From Octopus sinensis (Eukaryota), in the NCBI RefSeq assembly GCF_006345805.1, contig NC_043012.1, positions 6,634,001 through 6,698,000 on the forward strand: a stretch of 64,000 nt of DNA, given 5' to 3'. The notes under the pieces were generated by a model. That model saw nothing but the letters and a program-made list of their open reading frames with translations, made no database searches and was not told the origin of the DNA. Position 1 is the stretch's first letter, and every line of letters starts with the position of its first letter. Made by a program: the position numbers and the translations under genes. Of this stretch, positions 12,546 through 25,917 are shown one piece after another.

Positions 12546-12836
12546 ATCATCAACATCATTTAACCTCTGTTTTCCATGCTGGCATGGATGGGTTAGGGTT
12601 AGGGTAAGGGTTTGATAGAAGCTGGTAAGCCTGGGAGCCATATCAGGCTCTGTTGTCTGCTCTGGCATGATTTCTACAGCTGGGTGCACTTCCTCAAGCA
12701 AACCACTTTACACAGTGTACCAGGTACTTTTTATATGGCACCAGAACTAGTGCTTTGTGTGTGATCCAGCGCCAGTGCATTTTATGCAACACAACCATTG
12801 GTGCCTTTTACATGGTGCCAACACCAACAAAGTCAC
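12546..12836 (-). mobile_element. RTE 3' UTR and tail fused directly downstream of the U6 copy
   Basis: Degenerate GGCAC.TAAAAAGCAC modules, the shared RTE tail and a (GAT)-like end at 12546-12560. Confidence 0.8.
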
Positions 12837-12941
12837 AAAAATATGGAATGCTTCACAAATTTTTCTGTCATCCTTATGCAGGGGCGATGCTAATCTTCTT
12901 GGTATCATTCCAGTTTTAATATATGTATTGCTGAAATAGTT
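12837..12941 (-). pseudogene. U6: Full-length U6 snRNA retro-pseudogene
   Basis: The reverse complement reads ...TTCAGCAATACATATATTAAAACTGGAATGATACCAAGAAGATTAGCATCGCCCCTGCATAAGGATGACAGAAAAATTTGTGAAGCATTCCATATTTTT, colinear with U6. Many mismatches are CpG transitions. Confidence 0.92.
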
Positions 12942-14841
12942 ATAAACATGACATTCCTGAACAAAAGAGGGACTGGTTTACAAAAATGCTTTTTGCAGTT
13001 TGACTAAACATTTCAAAGTGGTACTCCAGCATGGCCACAGTCTAATGACAGAAACAAGTAAATGAAGAACGAAAATATTCTTTTCTGCTCTAGGCACAAG
13101 GCCTGAAATGTTTTAGGGAGTGGGAGGGGCCAGTCGATTAGATTGACCCCAGTATGCAACAGGCACTTAATTTACTGACCCTGAAAGGATGAAAGGCAAA
13201 GTCGTCAACCTTGGTTTGAACTCAGAATGTAAAGGCAGACAAAATATGGCTAAGCATTTAACCCTGTATGCTAATGTTTCTGCCAGCTTGCTGTCTTGAA
13301 GAACAAAAAAATATTGGCACCAACATAAATAAATTACTATTATTTTTTGAGCATCTGAAATTTAGAAAGTTCCGTATTAATCTAAGAACCTGTCAAGAGA
13401 ACATCCACCAGCTTGATCTTATAACTGAATTTACATTCCCACAAATCCTCTCCTCTTATTATAATTCCATTCAGATTTAGGGTTTATTAAAGGAGTATAA
13501 ATCAATCCCTTTATTTATATTCCTATAATATTTCATTGCCAGATGTTCCGTGGAGAGGGTCAGGATCTGAAGACAAAGTCTTAATTGATTCTTCGTTTTA
13601 TTCTTTTCTACTCTAGGCAAAAGGCCTGAAATCTTTCGGGGGAAGGGGCCAGTTGATTAGATTGACCCCTAGTATGCAACTGGTACTTAATTTATTGACC
13701 CTGAAAGGATGAAAGGCAAAGTAGACCTCAGCGGAATTTGAATTCAGAATGTAAAGACAGACGAAATACCTATTTCTTTATTACTCACAAGGGGCTAAAC
13801 ATAGAGAGGACAAACAAGGACAGACAAACGGATTAAGTTGATTATATCGACCCCCAGTGCATAATTGGTACTTATTTAATCGACCCCAAAAAGATGAAAG
13901 GCAAAGTTGACCTTGGTGGAATTTGAACTCAGAACGTAGCGGCAGATGAAATACCGCTAAGCATTTCACCCGGCGTGCTAATGTTTCTGCCAGCTTGCCG
14001 CCTTTGTTTGTTTTATTGACTTGGGAAGTATGGAAAGCGAAGTTGATCTTGTCAGGATTTGAATTCGGAATGTAAAGAGCAGAAACCAAATACAGGAAGG
14101 CATTTTGTTTAACTTTCTAACAATTCTGTTGAATTGAATTATTTCGCTCTGAAACAATTGTTGTCAACAAGCATCCATTGTTGATCCTAGGAAGTGAATT
14201 TAATACAAAATGCACTCATCTTAGACAAATATCAGTTAGTTACAAAACAATGAAAATATGTACATCTTGAATCAAAATATAAATTCACCTGTATTGTTAA
14301 CATTGTTATTTATGAACGTGTAACACCAGCAGCTCTCCTGTATTTAAGATTTCAATAAAATTTCTGAATAAACAAATTTTAACCAGCTACCCTTCAATAC
14401 ATAACTGTTGCCCTCACAATTGACTCTAATTACAACAACACCCACAACAAAAATGACGAAATTTCATAAAAACAGTCTCTGCTTCAATCAAATAAAATAA
14501 ACCTTTTTTTTACAAAAAGAAGCAACAAGTACAAATAACTTTCTAATAATCTTTTGGACGGAATCGGTGAAGCTCCATTACTTATGAAAGACTTTGTGAC
14601 CACAATTGATAAGAAACAAATAAAGGTGATGTTGACAATGGTTTTGAAATATAGAAATTGAATATTTGCAATATAAAGAAGCAAACTTTTAGCAAATAAA
14701 TTCTTGTGTGTAGACACAATTGATGTTGAAATCATGGTGTAGGAATATGAGAGTTAATGAACCAGCTAAGAACAGCTTGTCGTGCTCATAAATACATCAT
14801 CATCATCATCATCATCATCATCGTCGTCGTTGTTGTCGTCG

Positions 14842-14897
<56 letters not shown>

Positions 14898-16002
14898 TTT
14901 CTCTAATTCCTTTTCCTTCTTCTCCTCCTCCTCCTCTCCCTCCTCCTTATCATCATCATCATTGTCTTTGTTGTCATGGTTATTGTCATTTCACATCCAT
15001 TTGTACTATGCTTGTATGGGTCAGAGGAAATTTGTTGAGACAAATCTTCTATAACCCCGATGCCCTTCTTGTCAACAACCCTCACTTGTTTCCAAGCAAA
15101 GGCAATATTTCCCCATGACCAGACATATTTTTTCATGGAAGACTGGAAAACGAACAACCTCGCTTGCATAACAATGACACTCAGTTACAATCATCATGTG
15201 GTGTCTAGACAAGGACACACACACACACACATGCATCACAGGTTTCTTTCAGTTTCTGTCTACCAAATCCACTTACAAGGCTAATAGTAGAAGACACTTG
15301 CCAAAGGTGTCATGCATTGAAGCTGAACCCAAATCACATGATTGGGAAGTAAGCCTGAAGTATGCCTGAGCCTGTTATGCATGGAATAACATGGAAAGAC
15401 CATTAAACAACAAAAGAGATAAAAGAAAATGAAGTAAAGGACATTCTTAAATTCATAAAATTGTTAAAACAGAATTGGATGTGACGTGTTTAAAGGATTT
15501 ATAACAAACAGACGGATGAACAATCTAACAGGGTGAATTCTGAGGGAGTTTGAAAGAAACGGAAAACAACAACGACCAACATGGAAGCACGAAGCGAAGC
15601 AATTTGTCAAAATTTTAAGGATAGAAAGAAAATCAAAACTGAAAAATGTAGAGAAGTAAAAAGGGGTCTTTATCCAGCAGCAGGAATTGATTGGAGATCA
15701 AGTAATAAAGTTACTTGGACACTCCAGTGACACCATATCACAAGGTTTGTCCTGTTTTACATTATGGTTCATTCAACTCACAGACACACAACAGAGTGTC
15801 TCATCTTTAATGTGAGAACTTCTGCTCCACAAGGTATGAATATAGGTGTAGGAGTGGCTGTGTGGAAAGTAGCTTGCTTACGAATCATGTGGTTCCGGGT
15901 TCAGTTCCACTTGGGCAAGTGTTTTCTACTATAGCCTTGGGCCGACCAAAGCCTTGTAAGTGGATTTGATAGACAGAAACTGAAAGAAGCCCATCGTATA
16001 TA

Positions 16003-16127
<125 letters not shown>

Positions 16128-16173
16128 AAACAAGTCAAAAATAGAAAATGCTAAGATAATTTTATAGTGAATC

Positions 16174-16217
16174 TTTCAGTACCGGTTTCGGTCATTTTGA
16201 GACCTTTTCAACTGTAA
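16174..16217 (-). ncRNA. Identical hammerhead in the inverted pLTR copy
   Basis: Exact reverse complement of 17688-17731. Confidence 0.65.
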
Positions 16218-16416
16218 CGATTAAATAATTAAATTTAGAAAAATTAGAAGAAAAGTTTTTTTAAGGGAATATTTCTATAGTAGTGTTCAGATATAAGTGG
16301 CATTCTGCCTTTTTCTGACTCCCTTGTTTGCACTTGTGTGTTCGAGGTCGTTGTGAGTTCTTGGTAGGGTAGGAGAAGCAGAAGGCTGATGTGGAGAGGG
16401 GTAGGGAAATCTGGGA

Positions 16417-17067
16417 ATGCCTTGTAAGAAAAACTTACAACCAAAAGCCTTACCATACATCTCCACACACAACCCTCTCAATAACGAAGCCTTCGGCAAC
16501 ATCCTCCACAACATACCCCTCCTAAAAAAAGACCACAGAATGAACACAATCCTCCAAACACACACGATCATAAAAAGCAAAAGACAGCCTAGATCCATGA
16601 AAAGTCTCCTAACACAAGCCCGAAGTCACTCTTCAACACAGAAGCCGACAGTAAAAAAATGTGGAAGACCCAATTGCGGGATATGCGACTATCTAATTGA
16701 GGGATCAGAGTTCTCCTTCAAACAGGGACAACGGTTTACAGTGAAAAGCAACTTCACATATGCTTCGGAGAACCTAATATACTCACTAACCTGCTCCGGG
16801 TGTCAAGAGCAGTACATAGGCCAAACAAAAAATGGTTTGCGTAAACGAATGGCCCTGCACAGATCCCAGATAAAAATTCCCCAAAACAGAAAAATAGCTT
16901 TTAGCCAACACATAGATACTTGCGCCAACAAAAAAACACCAAACTTCAGGATTTTCCCCCTCTACCAATTTAGGGACGATACAACCTCGAGACAACGAAT
17001 AAGTAAAGAAAATCTCTTTATTACAAAATACAGGCCACTTCTTAACGGGTCTACAACAAACAATTAA
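16417..17067 (+). CDS. Penelope GIY-YIG endonuclease with the end of the RT thumb/linker; RT core missing
   Basis: Contains C-x4-C-x2-C, NLIY...CSGC...YIGQT, the conserved R (LRKR), H, E (KENLFI) and terminal N (PLLN) of PLE endonucleases. Confidence 0.88.
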   Translation: MPCKKNLQPKALPYISTHNPLNNEAFGNILHNIPLLKKDHRMNTILQTHTIIKSKRQPRSMKSLLTQARSHSSTQKPTVKKCGRPNCGICDYLIEGSEFSFKQGQRFTVKSNFTYASENLIYSLTCSGCQEQYIGQTKNGLRKRMALHRSQIKIPQNRKIAFSQHIDTCANKKTPNFRIFPLYQFRDDTTSRQRISKENLFITKYRPLLNGSTTNN

Positions 17068-17687
17068 TATACCTCAACTTTAGAATAAAAGAAATATATA
17101 CACACACAAATATTACATTCCATAGAATCCATTACTAATCAGCCCCATCACAGCTATACTTTCACCCATATTCTCCCTTCTCTGTATTTTTCTTCTTCTT
17201 CCTCTTCTTCTTCATCATCATCATTATCATCATCATCATCGTCATCATCATCACCACCATCATCATCATCATCTTCTCCTTCCCCTTCTTCTTCTTCTTC
17301 TTCTTCTTCATCATCATCATCAACATCGTCATCTTCTTCTTCTTCTTCTACTTCTCCACCTTCTACCCCTTAACCTTGTCACTAATGCCTTTCAGTATAA
17401 CGCCTACGCAAATTCCATAAACAATTCCTGAATTCAACTGTGACTGCTGTCCGCCACTGACCATTCAAAATACGACCATCAAGGCATTCCCAGATTTCCC
17501 TAACCCCTCTCCACATCAGCCTTCTGCTTCTCCTACCCTACCAAGAACTCACAATGACCTCGAACACACAAGTGCAAACAAGGGAGTCAGAGAAAGGCAG
17601 AATGCCACTTATATCTGAACACTACTATAGAAATATTCCCTTAAAAAAACTTTTCTTCTAATTTTTCTAAATTTAATTATTTAATCG

Positions 17688-17731
17688 TTACAGTTGAAAA
17701 GGTCTCAAAATGACCGAAACCGGTACTGAAA
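17688..17731 (+). ncRNA. Minimal type I hammerhead ribozyme, U3-A8 core variant, in the Penelope pLTR
   Basis: UUACAG-UUGAAAA-GGUC(UCAAAAU)GACC-GAAA-C(CG)GU-A-CUGAAA; predicted cleavage after GUA at 17725. Confidence 0.65.
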
Positions 17732-17815
17732 GATTCACTATAAAATTATTTTAGCATTTTCTATTTTTGACTTGTTTTTTCATATATATCAACTCGTGTG
17801 TTCCTTTCCACCCTT

Positions 17816-17964
<149 letters not shown>

Positions 17965-20103
17965 GTATGTGTGTATATGTTTGTGTGTCTGTGTTTGTTC
18001 CCCCAACATCACTTGATAACCGATGGTGGTCTGTTTATGTCCCTGTCACTTAGCGGTTCAGCAAAAGAGACCGATAGAATAAGTACTAGGCTTACAAAGA
18101 ATAAGTTCTGGGGTCGATTTGCTCGACTAAAAAGGCAGTGCTCCAGCATGGCCACAGTCAAATGACTGAAACAAGTAAAAGAGTAAAACAGAGTATCTGC
18201 CACAGCTTCCTTCAAACACTGCTTTCTGTCTTCATCTTCTCAAGCTCACTTAAAGTGCCTGCTTCCTTTCTGTATAATATTTTTTGTTGTTGTTTTTTTC
18301 AATTAAAAATGCTCTGTGTTAATATTGCACATACAGATATACCTGTACAGGTGTATATACACCTAAGTTATTGTGCATGCATATTTATGAATATGTGTCT
18401 GTATACAATAAGGACATACAATTTCTGGACATGTTCCTTCTCGTACAGGCGTACACGAGCAGGCTTATGTTTACAATCTCTGCTGTAACTACTGGCTAAA
18501 TACTTCATTCATTCAAAATTATGGACATTCTTTGGTGGTCTTTATACTAAACAGCTTTTCTAGATGTGGTTGACCTTTGTCTCCAGTTGGTTCTTTGTAC
18601 TTAGTCTCTGTAATTATTAGCTGTTATTTCCCTCTTATCACAGAATTCTGACCCTCTTACACCAATCTTAAACCTCTCTCTTTCTCTTTCTCTTTCTCAG
18701 CTTCTTCAATATTTAATCCCTTCATTATTGCCTTACATACAGCACCACTTCCTCTTTCTTTGGAACTTTCTGATAAAGGAAAAGACCCAAAATGCTGGGT
18801 TCAGTGATGAAAATGGGTTTTAGGAATTTAAAAACTGGAGGCACCCTAAGGTTCAAGAGACTGGGGTTAGGAAAAAGAGGACTAAATACTATAAGGTGTT
18901 CCCCATTTCATGAGCTTAAAAGTAGATGAAGGATCACTATTCTTTTGAGTACTCTGCCCCACCATTTCCATCAGTGGTTGAATTCCATATTCCCTGTAGC
19001 AACTGCACTTAGCAGACTTTGCTAATAATGTGAGGAGATGAGAAAGAAAGAAATAATTTTAGAAATCAATAAGAAATAGTAACATCCTTAACATGAAGAG
19101 AAAAATCTTGGAAATCTAGAGATTATTATATTTGAAGGATTCTCAGCAGTTTATGCTTCGACAAAGACAAGGGTGCACACAAACACAGACAAACGCATAC
19201 ATACACACATGCACATGGAAACACACACATGAACTAAATATAAGTGGTTGGAATACAGTAATCTCTGAGAATACTCCAGTGTAAACCATTAATCCTCAAA
19301 CGTATCTTGAATGCAATGAATGATAAACTTCAAAGTTAAGTAAGAGCAGCAAAATAGAAATTATTGGCTTAAAATTTTGGCACAAGGCCAGCAAGTGTTG
19401 AGAAGGTGGGGTAAGTCAACTACATCGACCCCAGTGTGCTACTGGTACTGATTTCATTGACCCTGAAAGGATGATAGGCAAAGTTGACCTTGGCAGATTT
19501 GAACTCAGAACATAAAGAATATAAAGCATTTTCCCCGGCATGCAAATGGTTCTTCCAACTTGCCACCTTAGTAAAAGCACGGATGACCTGAGCAGGATTT
19601 GAACTCAGAGCGTTTAAAAGAACTGCGACAGATTGATACTGCAAAGCAATTTTCTCAATGTTCTAAGAATTTTGTCAAGTCACCACTCAAAAAACACAAA
19701 ATACCAATTAATGAAAAATTTAGTCATCCCCATGAACCTTTTCCCAAGTTATTATCATCATCCTCATCCTCATCATTTAACGTCTGCTTTCTATGCTGGC
19801 ATGGGTTAGACGGTCTGACTGGAACTGGTAAGGCAGAGAGCTGCGCCAGGTTCCAGCCTGATTTTGGATTGGTTTCTATGGCTGGATGCCTTTCCTAATG
19901 CTGACCATTCCAAGAGTGTAGCAGATGCCTTTTACTTGTCACTAGCAAAGACACTGCTACATGCCACTGGCACAGGTGCCCCTACATGGGAGTTAATCTG
20001 GAGTGTGAAGAAAATCTTCTTTCATAAAAAACACTCTTTAGCTTCAAAGTGGAGAAAAAAATTCTAAATGGTTATAACAGATTTTATGATTCTGCGACAC
20101 TTA

Positions 20104-20684
20104 CTGCATTTTAACATGTATAAGGAACCCTTTTTTGTCAAAAAATTAGGTTAAAAAAATATGGCAGTTTCTTATACAGGGATAATATATTAATCCCTTG
20201 GTGGAGGCGCAATGGCCCAGTGGTTAGGCCAGCGGACTCGCGGTCGTAGGATCGCGGTTTCGATTCCCAGACCGGGCGTTGTGAGTGTTTATTGAGCAAA
20301 AACACCTAAAGCTCCACGAGGCTCCGGCAGGGGATGGTGGTGATCCCTGCTGTACTCTTTCACCACAACTTTCTCTCACTCTTACTTCCTGTTTCTGTTG
20401 TACCTGTATTTCAAGGGGCCGGCCTTGTCACTCTCTGTGTCACGTTGAATATCCCCGAAAACTATGTTAAGGGTACACATGTCTGTGGAATGCTCAGCCA
20501 CTTACATGTTAATTTCACGAGCAGGCTGTTCCGTTGATCGGATCAACCGGAACCCTAGTCGTTGTAACCGACGGAGTGCTTCCATTCCATTAATCCCTTA
20601 CAAAACCTTTCCTCCAAATTTTAAGTCCCCAAAATTAGGGTGTTTCTAATGCATGAGGGTTCCTTATACACGTAAAAATATGGT
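20104..20684. mobile_element. pogo/Tigger-type MITE interrupted by a SINE
   Basis: Terminal inverted similarity AC(A/G)TGTATAAGGAACCC at both ends, with TA flanks. Confidence 0.6.
20200..20588 (+). mobile_element. SINE family B, young full-length copy with tRNA-derived head (possibly the octopus OR type)
   Basis: A-box TGGCCCAGTGG, B-box GGTTTCGATTCC, and a perfect 11-bp TSD ATTAATCCCTT (20189-99, 20589-99). Another copy lies at 12002-12359 (-). Confidence 0.9.
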
Positions 20685-21201
20685 TATTCTAGTTTTGTTA
20701 GGTTATATTCAGAGGAAACACACTTATTTTCTGTCCACAGAGAAATTGGTGGCTTAGAGCTATTTATAGTGCAAACAAACATGGAAAGAGCTAAACTAGG
20801 CTGTCTAATTTGCATAATAGTGTGTGTGTGTGGTGTGTGTGTGTGTGTGTGTGCTAACAATGTGGATTGCCTAATTAATCTTATGTAATACACAACGCAA
20901 GATTTTTTTGTTTTTTTATAATTTCACATATAATGCAAGAAGTGCATTTTTAACATTGTGCAACAAAGATGCATTTGCATCCCTTGGAGTGCTACTCCAG
21001 GATAACCTAACACACATATTGCATAACTTTTCAAACAAAATCATTTACAAGCAATTTTTTTAGAAACGAAACAGAATGGCACAGAAACAACTGTAACTAA
21101 TAATAATGTTGTGTTATATTCACTCTTCATCTTACTTGTATTATATTTCCTCTCTCTGTATATATATATATATATATATATACATTTTAACACAAATATG
21201 C

Positions 21202-21284
<83 letters not shown>

Positions 21285-21873
21285 ATGTCTGTCTATCTAT
21301 CTATCTATATATATCTTTACACACATATATACACACATATGCACAGTGTGTATGTATGTACATTTTTATAGAGTGTATGCACAGTATGTGTGTATGTAAG
21401 TGGAACTGCAAGCTAGATTGGAGATTATAGTTTCAACACATTTCTTCCAAATGCATTTATCGTGCTATAAGCATGCACACGTGCACACACACATTATCAT
21501 ACGTGCATACGTATATATATATATATATACAAACACAGATATTATACATATACACATACATATTCACACAAATATATATGCTTATATATATATATATGTA
21601 TATATATGTATATATATGTATATATATATGTATATATATATAAGATTTAGTGTTCATTAGCCAAAGCCTAAACATGGAACAATGCATGTTTATATCTCTG
21701 GCAAAGAGAAAAATGGAAAAATGTAAGTAAAGTACTACTTATATTTGTGAGAATATAAATGTGAGAATTGGATATGTTTAACAAGTGTGTGTGTGTAAGT
21801 GCAGAAATTCATAAATAGCTTAAGGGTTCAAAAGTAAAAAGCAAAAGACAAAATGATGATGATGATGATGATG

Positions 21874-21933
<60 letters not shown>

Positions 21934-22225
21934 TTTCTTAAAATATCAGAATATTAAGTTCAATCATGGAGATAAAATAACTGACTTAAAAATAAAACAT
22001 AGACAGAAGCATATACACAAGACTATTATCTGGATATGATCTTACAACTCGCTGTAATAAAATGTATATATTTACGTGTGTGTGTGTGTGTACACTAGTA
22101 TTCGATTTCTTAATTATAAAACAAAGCCCGGAGGCATAAAGGAAAGGGAAGTATGTATTCCAAATTATAATATCAATAGGATAGCTTACATACATACATA
22201 CATATACACACGTATAAATACACAC

Positions 22226-22296
<71 letters not shown>

Positions 22297-22892
22297 TGTA
22301 TATATATACATATATATATATTCACACACATATGTGTATATATATATATGTGTGTGTGAGTGTGTATATATATAAATGTATATATATATATATGTATAAA
22401 TATATATATATACATATAATCATATAAATACATACATATATATATATATTAAATCATGTATGTATATATGTATATATATGTGTGGTGTGTATGTGTATTT
22501 GTGCATGTGTGCATGTGTGTATCTATATATGTACAAACACACACAACACACACACACACACACACACATACATATACAATGTCATATTGTGTTATGAAAA
22601 TAATGAATCTTCCAAGAGTTGTCGTGTTCTCTTCACTTTAGAATATGCATGAATGTCTTGAAACATGGGAAATTTTTATGGACAAATTCTGTTCTAGGGA
22701 AGTGTTGGTTCCTTTATATTATCCCTATTCATATGGAGATAGTTGCAATTACTGTTATGTGTTTGTTTACTTCCCCTCAAAACAGTAACAGTTTGAATAA
22801 ATTAAGAATTTACCTTGTTTACCATTTTCTATATTTTCTTCATCTTTTTTTTATCCCAATCGATGCCACTGACCACTGAGTTACTTCTTTAA

Positions 22893-23359
22893 TCCTTTCG
22901 TTTTCAGATTTTCCCTCAAATGTAAAAGGGTAAAGACCCCCTTCGGTCATGAATGACCATGGGAAATTTCACCTAGAAGGTTAACCTTTGAGGCACAAGT
23001 CTGGGCAAGGTGGTTTATAGAAGATCAACGGTTGCCCATGTATAGCAGCCTCCCCTGTCCATGCTGCAGATGTTGACCAAGAGAAAGGCAAAGGCCAATA
23101 CAGCTTGGCACCTGTGACATCGCAACTCATTTCTACAGCTGAGTGAACTGGAGTGACCTGAATTAAAGAATCTTGCTCAAGAACACAACACACAGCCTGG
23201 TCCAAGAATCGAACTCATTACCTCATGATTGTAAGCTCTATGTTCTAACCACTGAGCCATAAGTCTTCTGTCAAATGTGATGCTTATTTATTTGCATTAA
23301 TTCAAACAATGTGAATAAATAAACTTTCCTTTCGCTTAAGTAATCTGAACGCTAAAGGG
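22893..23359. mobile_element. Related piggyBac-type MITE interrupted by a CORE-like SINE
   Basis: TTAA-TCCTTTCGTTTTCAGATT ... AATCTGAACGCTAAAGGG; shares internal sequence with 23416-23636. Confidence 0.55.
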
Positions 23360-23415
23360 TTTCAAACCCTAAACGACTTAATGCATTTTCATTTCAATTA
23401 TTCAACTCACCTTAA

Positions 23416-23636
23416 TCCTTTAGCATTTAAAACAGCCATAATCCTACCTTAATACTCTATTTTTCTTATGTTCAAACTGGCTAGATCCAACCTTTCAAAC
23501 CTACCCTGCAATGTCATTCTAACAATAAACAATCACATCATTGAAATCATGAAGCTACAAGATAATGCATGATTAACTAAAACAATGTGAATAAAGCAGT
23601 AAAAACATTTGACTGAATAATCTGACGGCTAGAGGT
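23416..23636. mobile_element. piggyBac-type MITE
   Basis: TTAA on both sides; ends TCCTTTAGC... / ...GGCTAGAGGT. Confidence 0.65.
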
Positions 23637-24075
23637 TTAATCCATAAATGCTCTCTACTCCTTTTTGAATATGTCAAAAATTTTATGTTTGCTAGAGTCA
23701 CAGAAGGTCTAATTGTTGTACTGATAATGCTTGTTGAGACAGAAACATTATCACAGCTGTCGTGTTGTGTCCAGAAACAACAGATTGTCTTTTCTTAAAT
23801 GGTTCCAGAGATTTGTTAATAATCTGGGATTATATACCCTAACCAAACAGTATTGGCTACAATTGCCACTAGGTAACGGTTTGTCTTTCCTTGTAGCAAA
23901 AATATTTTCAGCAAATCAAGACTTTATCTTGCTTGGTATTTAGAATACCTTTCTGTAATCTATGTAATGCCAGTTCATACCACTGACCACTTGCAGTGGT
24001 CATTTTCAATACACACACACACATGCTCACTCACACATACATACTCATCCAGACATATATATATATATATATATA

Positions 24076-25746
24076 ATGTCTTCAGGAAGATGGCCCTGCT
24101 CGATCTGTAGAAAAGGTGTAGGTAGAAACTCTATAAGATGTACCCAGTGTAAGCTATGGACACATAAGAGGTGCAGCAATGTCAAAGGTAGGCTAACTGG
24201 GAAGATAGTTTTTGTATGTGGCAAATGCTCTGGAGCATTAACCTCCGAAAATCTGCAGAAAATAACTTCCGTCACTTTCCAGGGGGAAAAACTAGAAGTA
24301 GTTGATAGCTTCCGTTATCTAGGTGACCAAGTCAGTAGTGGGGGTGGGTGCGCTGAGAGTGTAACTGCTAGAATAAGAATAGCCTGGGCAAAGTTTAGGG
24401 AGCTCTTACCTCTGCTGGTGACTAAAGGCCTCTCGCTCAGAGTAAAGGGCAGACTGTATGATGCATGTGTTCGAACTGCCATGCTACATGGCAGTGAAAC
24501 ATGGGCCGTGACTGCCGCGGACATGCGTAAGCTCGTGAGGAATGAAGCCAGTATGCTCCGATGGATGTGTAATGTCAGTGTACATACTCGACAGAGTGTA
24601 ATTACCTTGAGAGAAATGTTGTACCTAAGAAGCATCAGTTGTTGCGTGCAAGAAAGACGATTGCGCTGGTATGGTCATGTGGCGAGAATGGATGAAGATA
24701 GGTGTGTGAGAAAGTGCAAATCCTTAGTAGTTGAGGGAACCCGTGGAAGAGGTAGACCCAGGAAAACCTGGGACGAGGTGGTGAAGCACGACCTTCGAAC
24801 TTTAGGCCTCACTGAGGAAATGACCAGTGACCGAGACCTTTGGAAATATTCTGTACGTGAGAAGACCAGGCAGGACAAGTGAGCCCAGCCCACTTATGAA
24901 TGCCTTTCCTCCCTTGGACACAAAGACCTGCTGAGGCAAGCGAAGTCGATATAGAACCTCATCCGACGACAGGCACCCATGCCAACCCCCTTTGCTTGCG
25001 AAGACATGTTGGGGCAAGCGAAATCGAATTGAACCAGCCAGGATCCCTGGTCTGGTGGTACGTAAAAAGCACTATCCGACTCGTGGCCAATGCCAGCGCC
25101 GCCTCCACTGGCTTCCGTGCCGGTGGCACGTAAAATACACCAATCTGACCGTACGACAGGCACCCATGCCAACCCCCTTGCTTGCGAAGACATGTTGGGG
25201 CAAGCGAAATCGAATCGAATTGAACCAGCCAGGATCCCTGGTCTGGTGGTACGTAAAAAGCACTATCCGACTCGTGGCCGATGCCTCCACTGGCTTCCGT
25301 GCTGGTGGCACGTAAAATACACGAATCTGACCGTACGACAGGCACCCATGCCAACCCCCTTGCTTGCGAAGACATGTTGGGGCAAGCGAAAACGAAATCG
25401 AAATCGAATTGAACCAGCCAGGATCCCTGGTCTGGTGGTACGTAAAAAGCACTATCCGACTCGTGGCCGATGCCAGCACCCCCTCGTTTGGCTTCCGTGC
25501 AGGTGGCACATAAAATACACCAATCCGACCGTGGCCGTTGCCAGCCTCGCCTGGCACCTGTGCAGGTGGCACGTAAAAAGCACCCACTACACTCACGGAG
25601 TGGTTGGCGTTAGGAATGGCATCCTGATGTAGAAACACTGCCAGATAAGACTGGAGCCTAGTGCAGCCTTCTGGCTTTCCAGATCCCCGGTCGAACCATC
25701 CAACCCATGCTAGCATGGAGAACGGACGTTAAACGATGATGATGAT
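24076..25746 (+). mobile_element. 5'-truncated RTE LINE copy, same family as 1-1868
   Basis: ORF 24076-24882 is highly similar to the C-terminal part of the ORF at 32-1354. It starts at a (TA)n tract, has a 3' UTR with three tandem ~185-bp units, and ends in a (GAT)n tail. Confidence 0.95.
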
Positions 25747-25917
25747 ATACATATATGATTTGTTTTATAAATGAATAGTCCTCTATTTTGTATTTTTGAA
25801 TGCTAATGGAATAAATCCATTCCTTATTTGAAAAACAGGAAGGGTTTTAGAGCAGAAGGGTATTTAGCTTTAGAACCATACTTCAATAATATGCATTCGT
25901 ATATATATATATATATA

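Noticed and set aside
20200-20280. tRNA gene
   Set aside because: It has A and B boxes but no proper acceptor stem or terminator, and continues into a SINE body with a TSD.
24894-25716. Overlapping 100-214 aa ORFs on both strands
   Set aside because: They arise from tandem RTE 3' UTR units that happen to lack stop codons.
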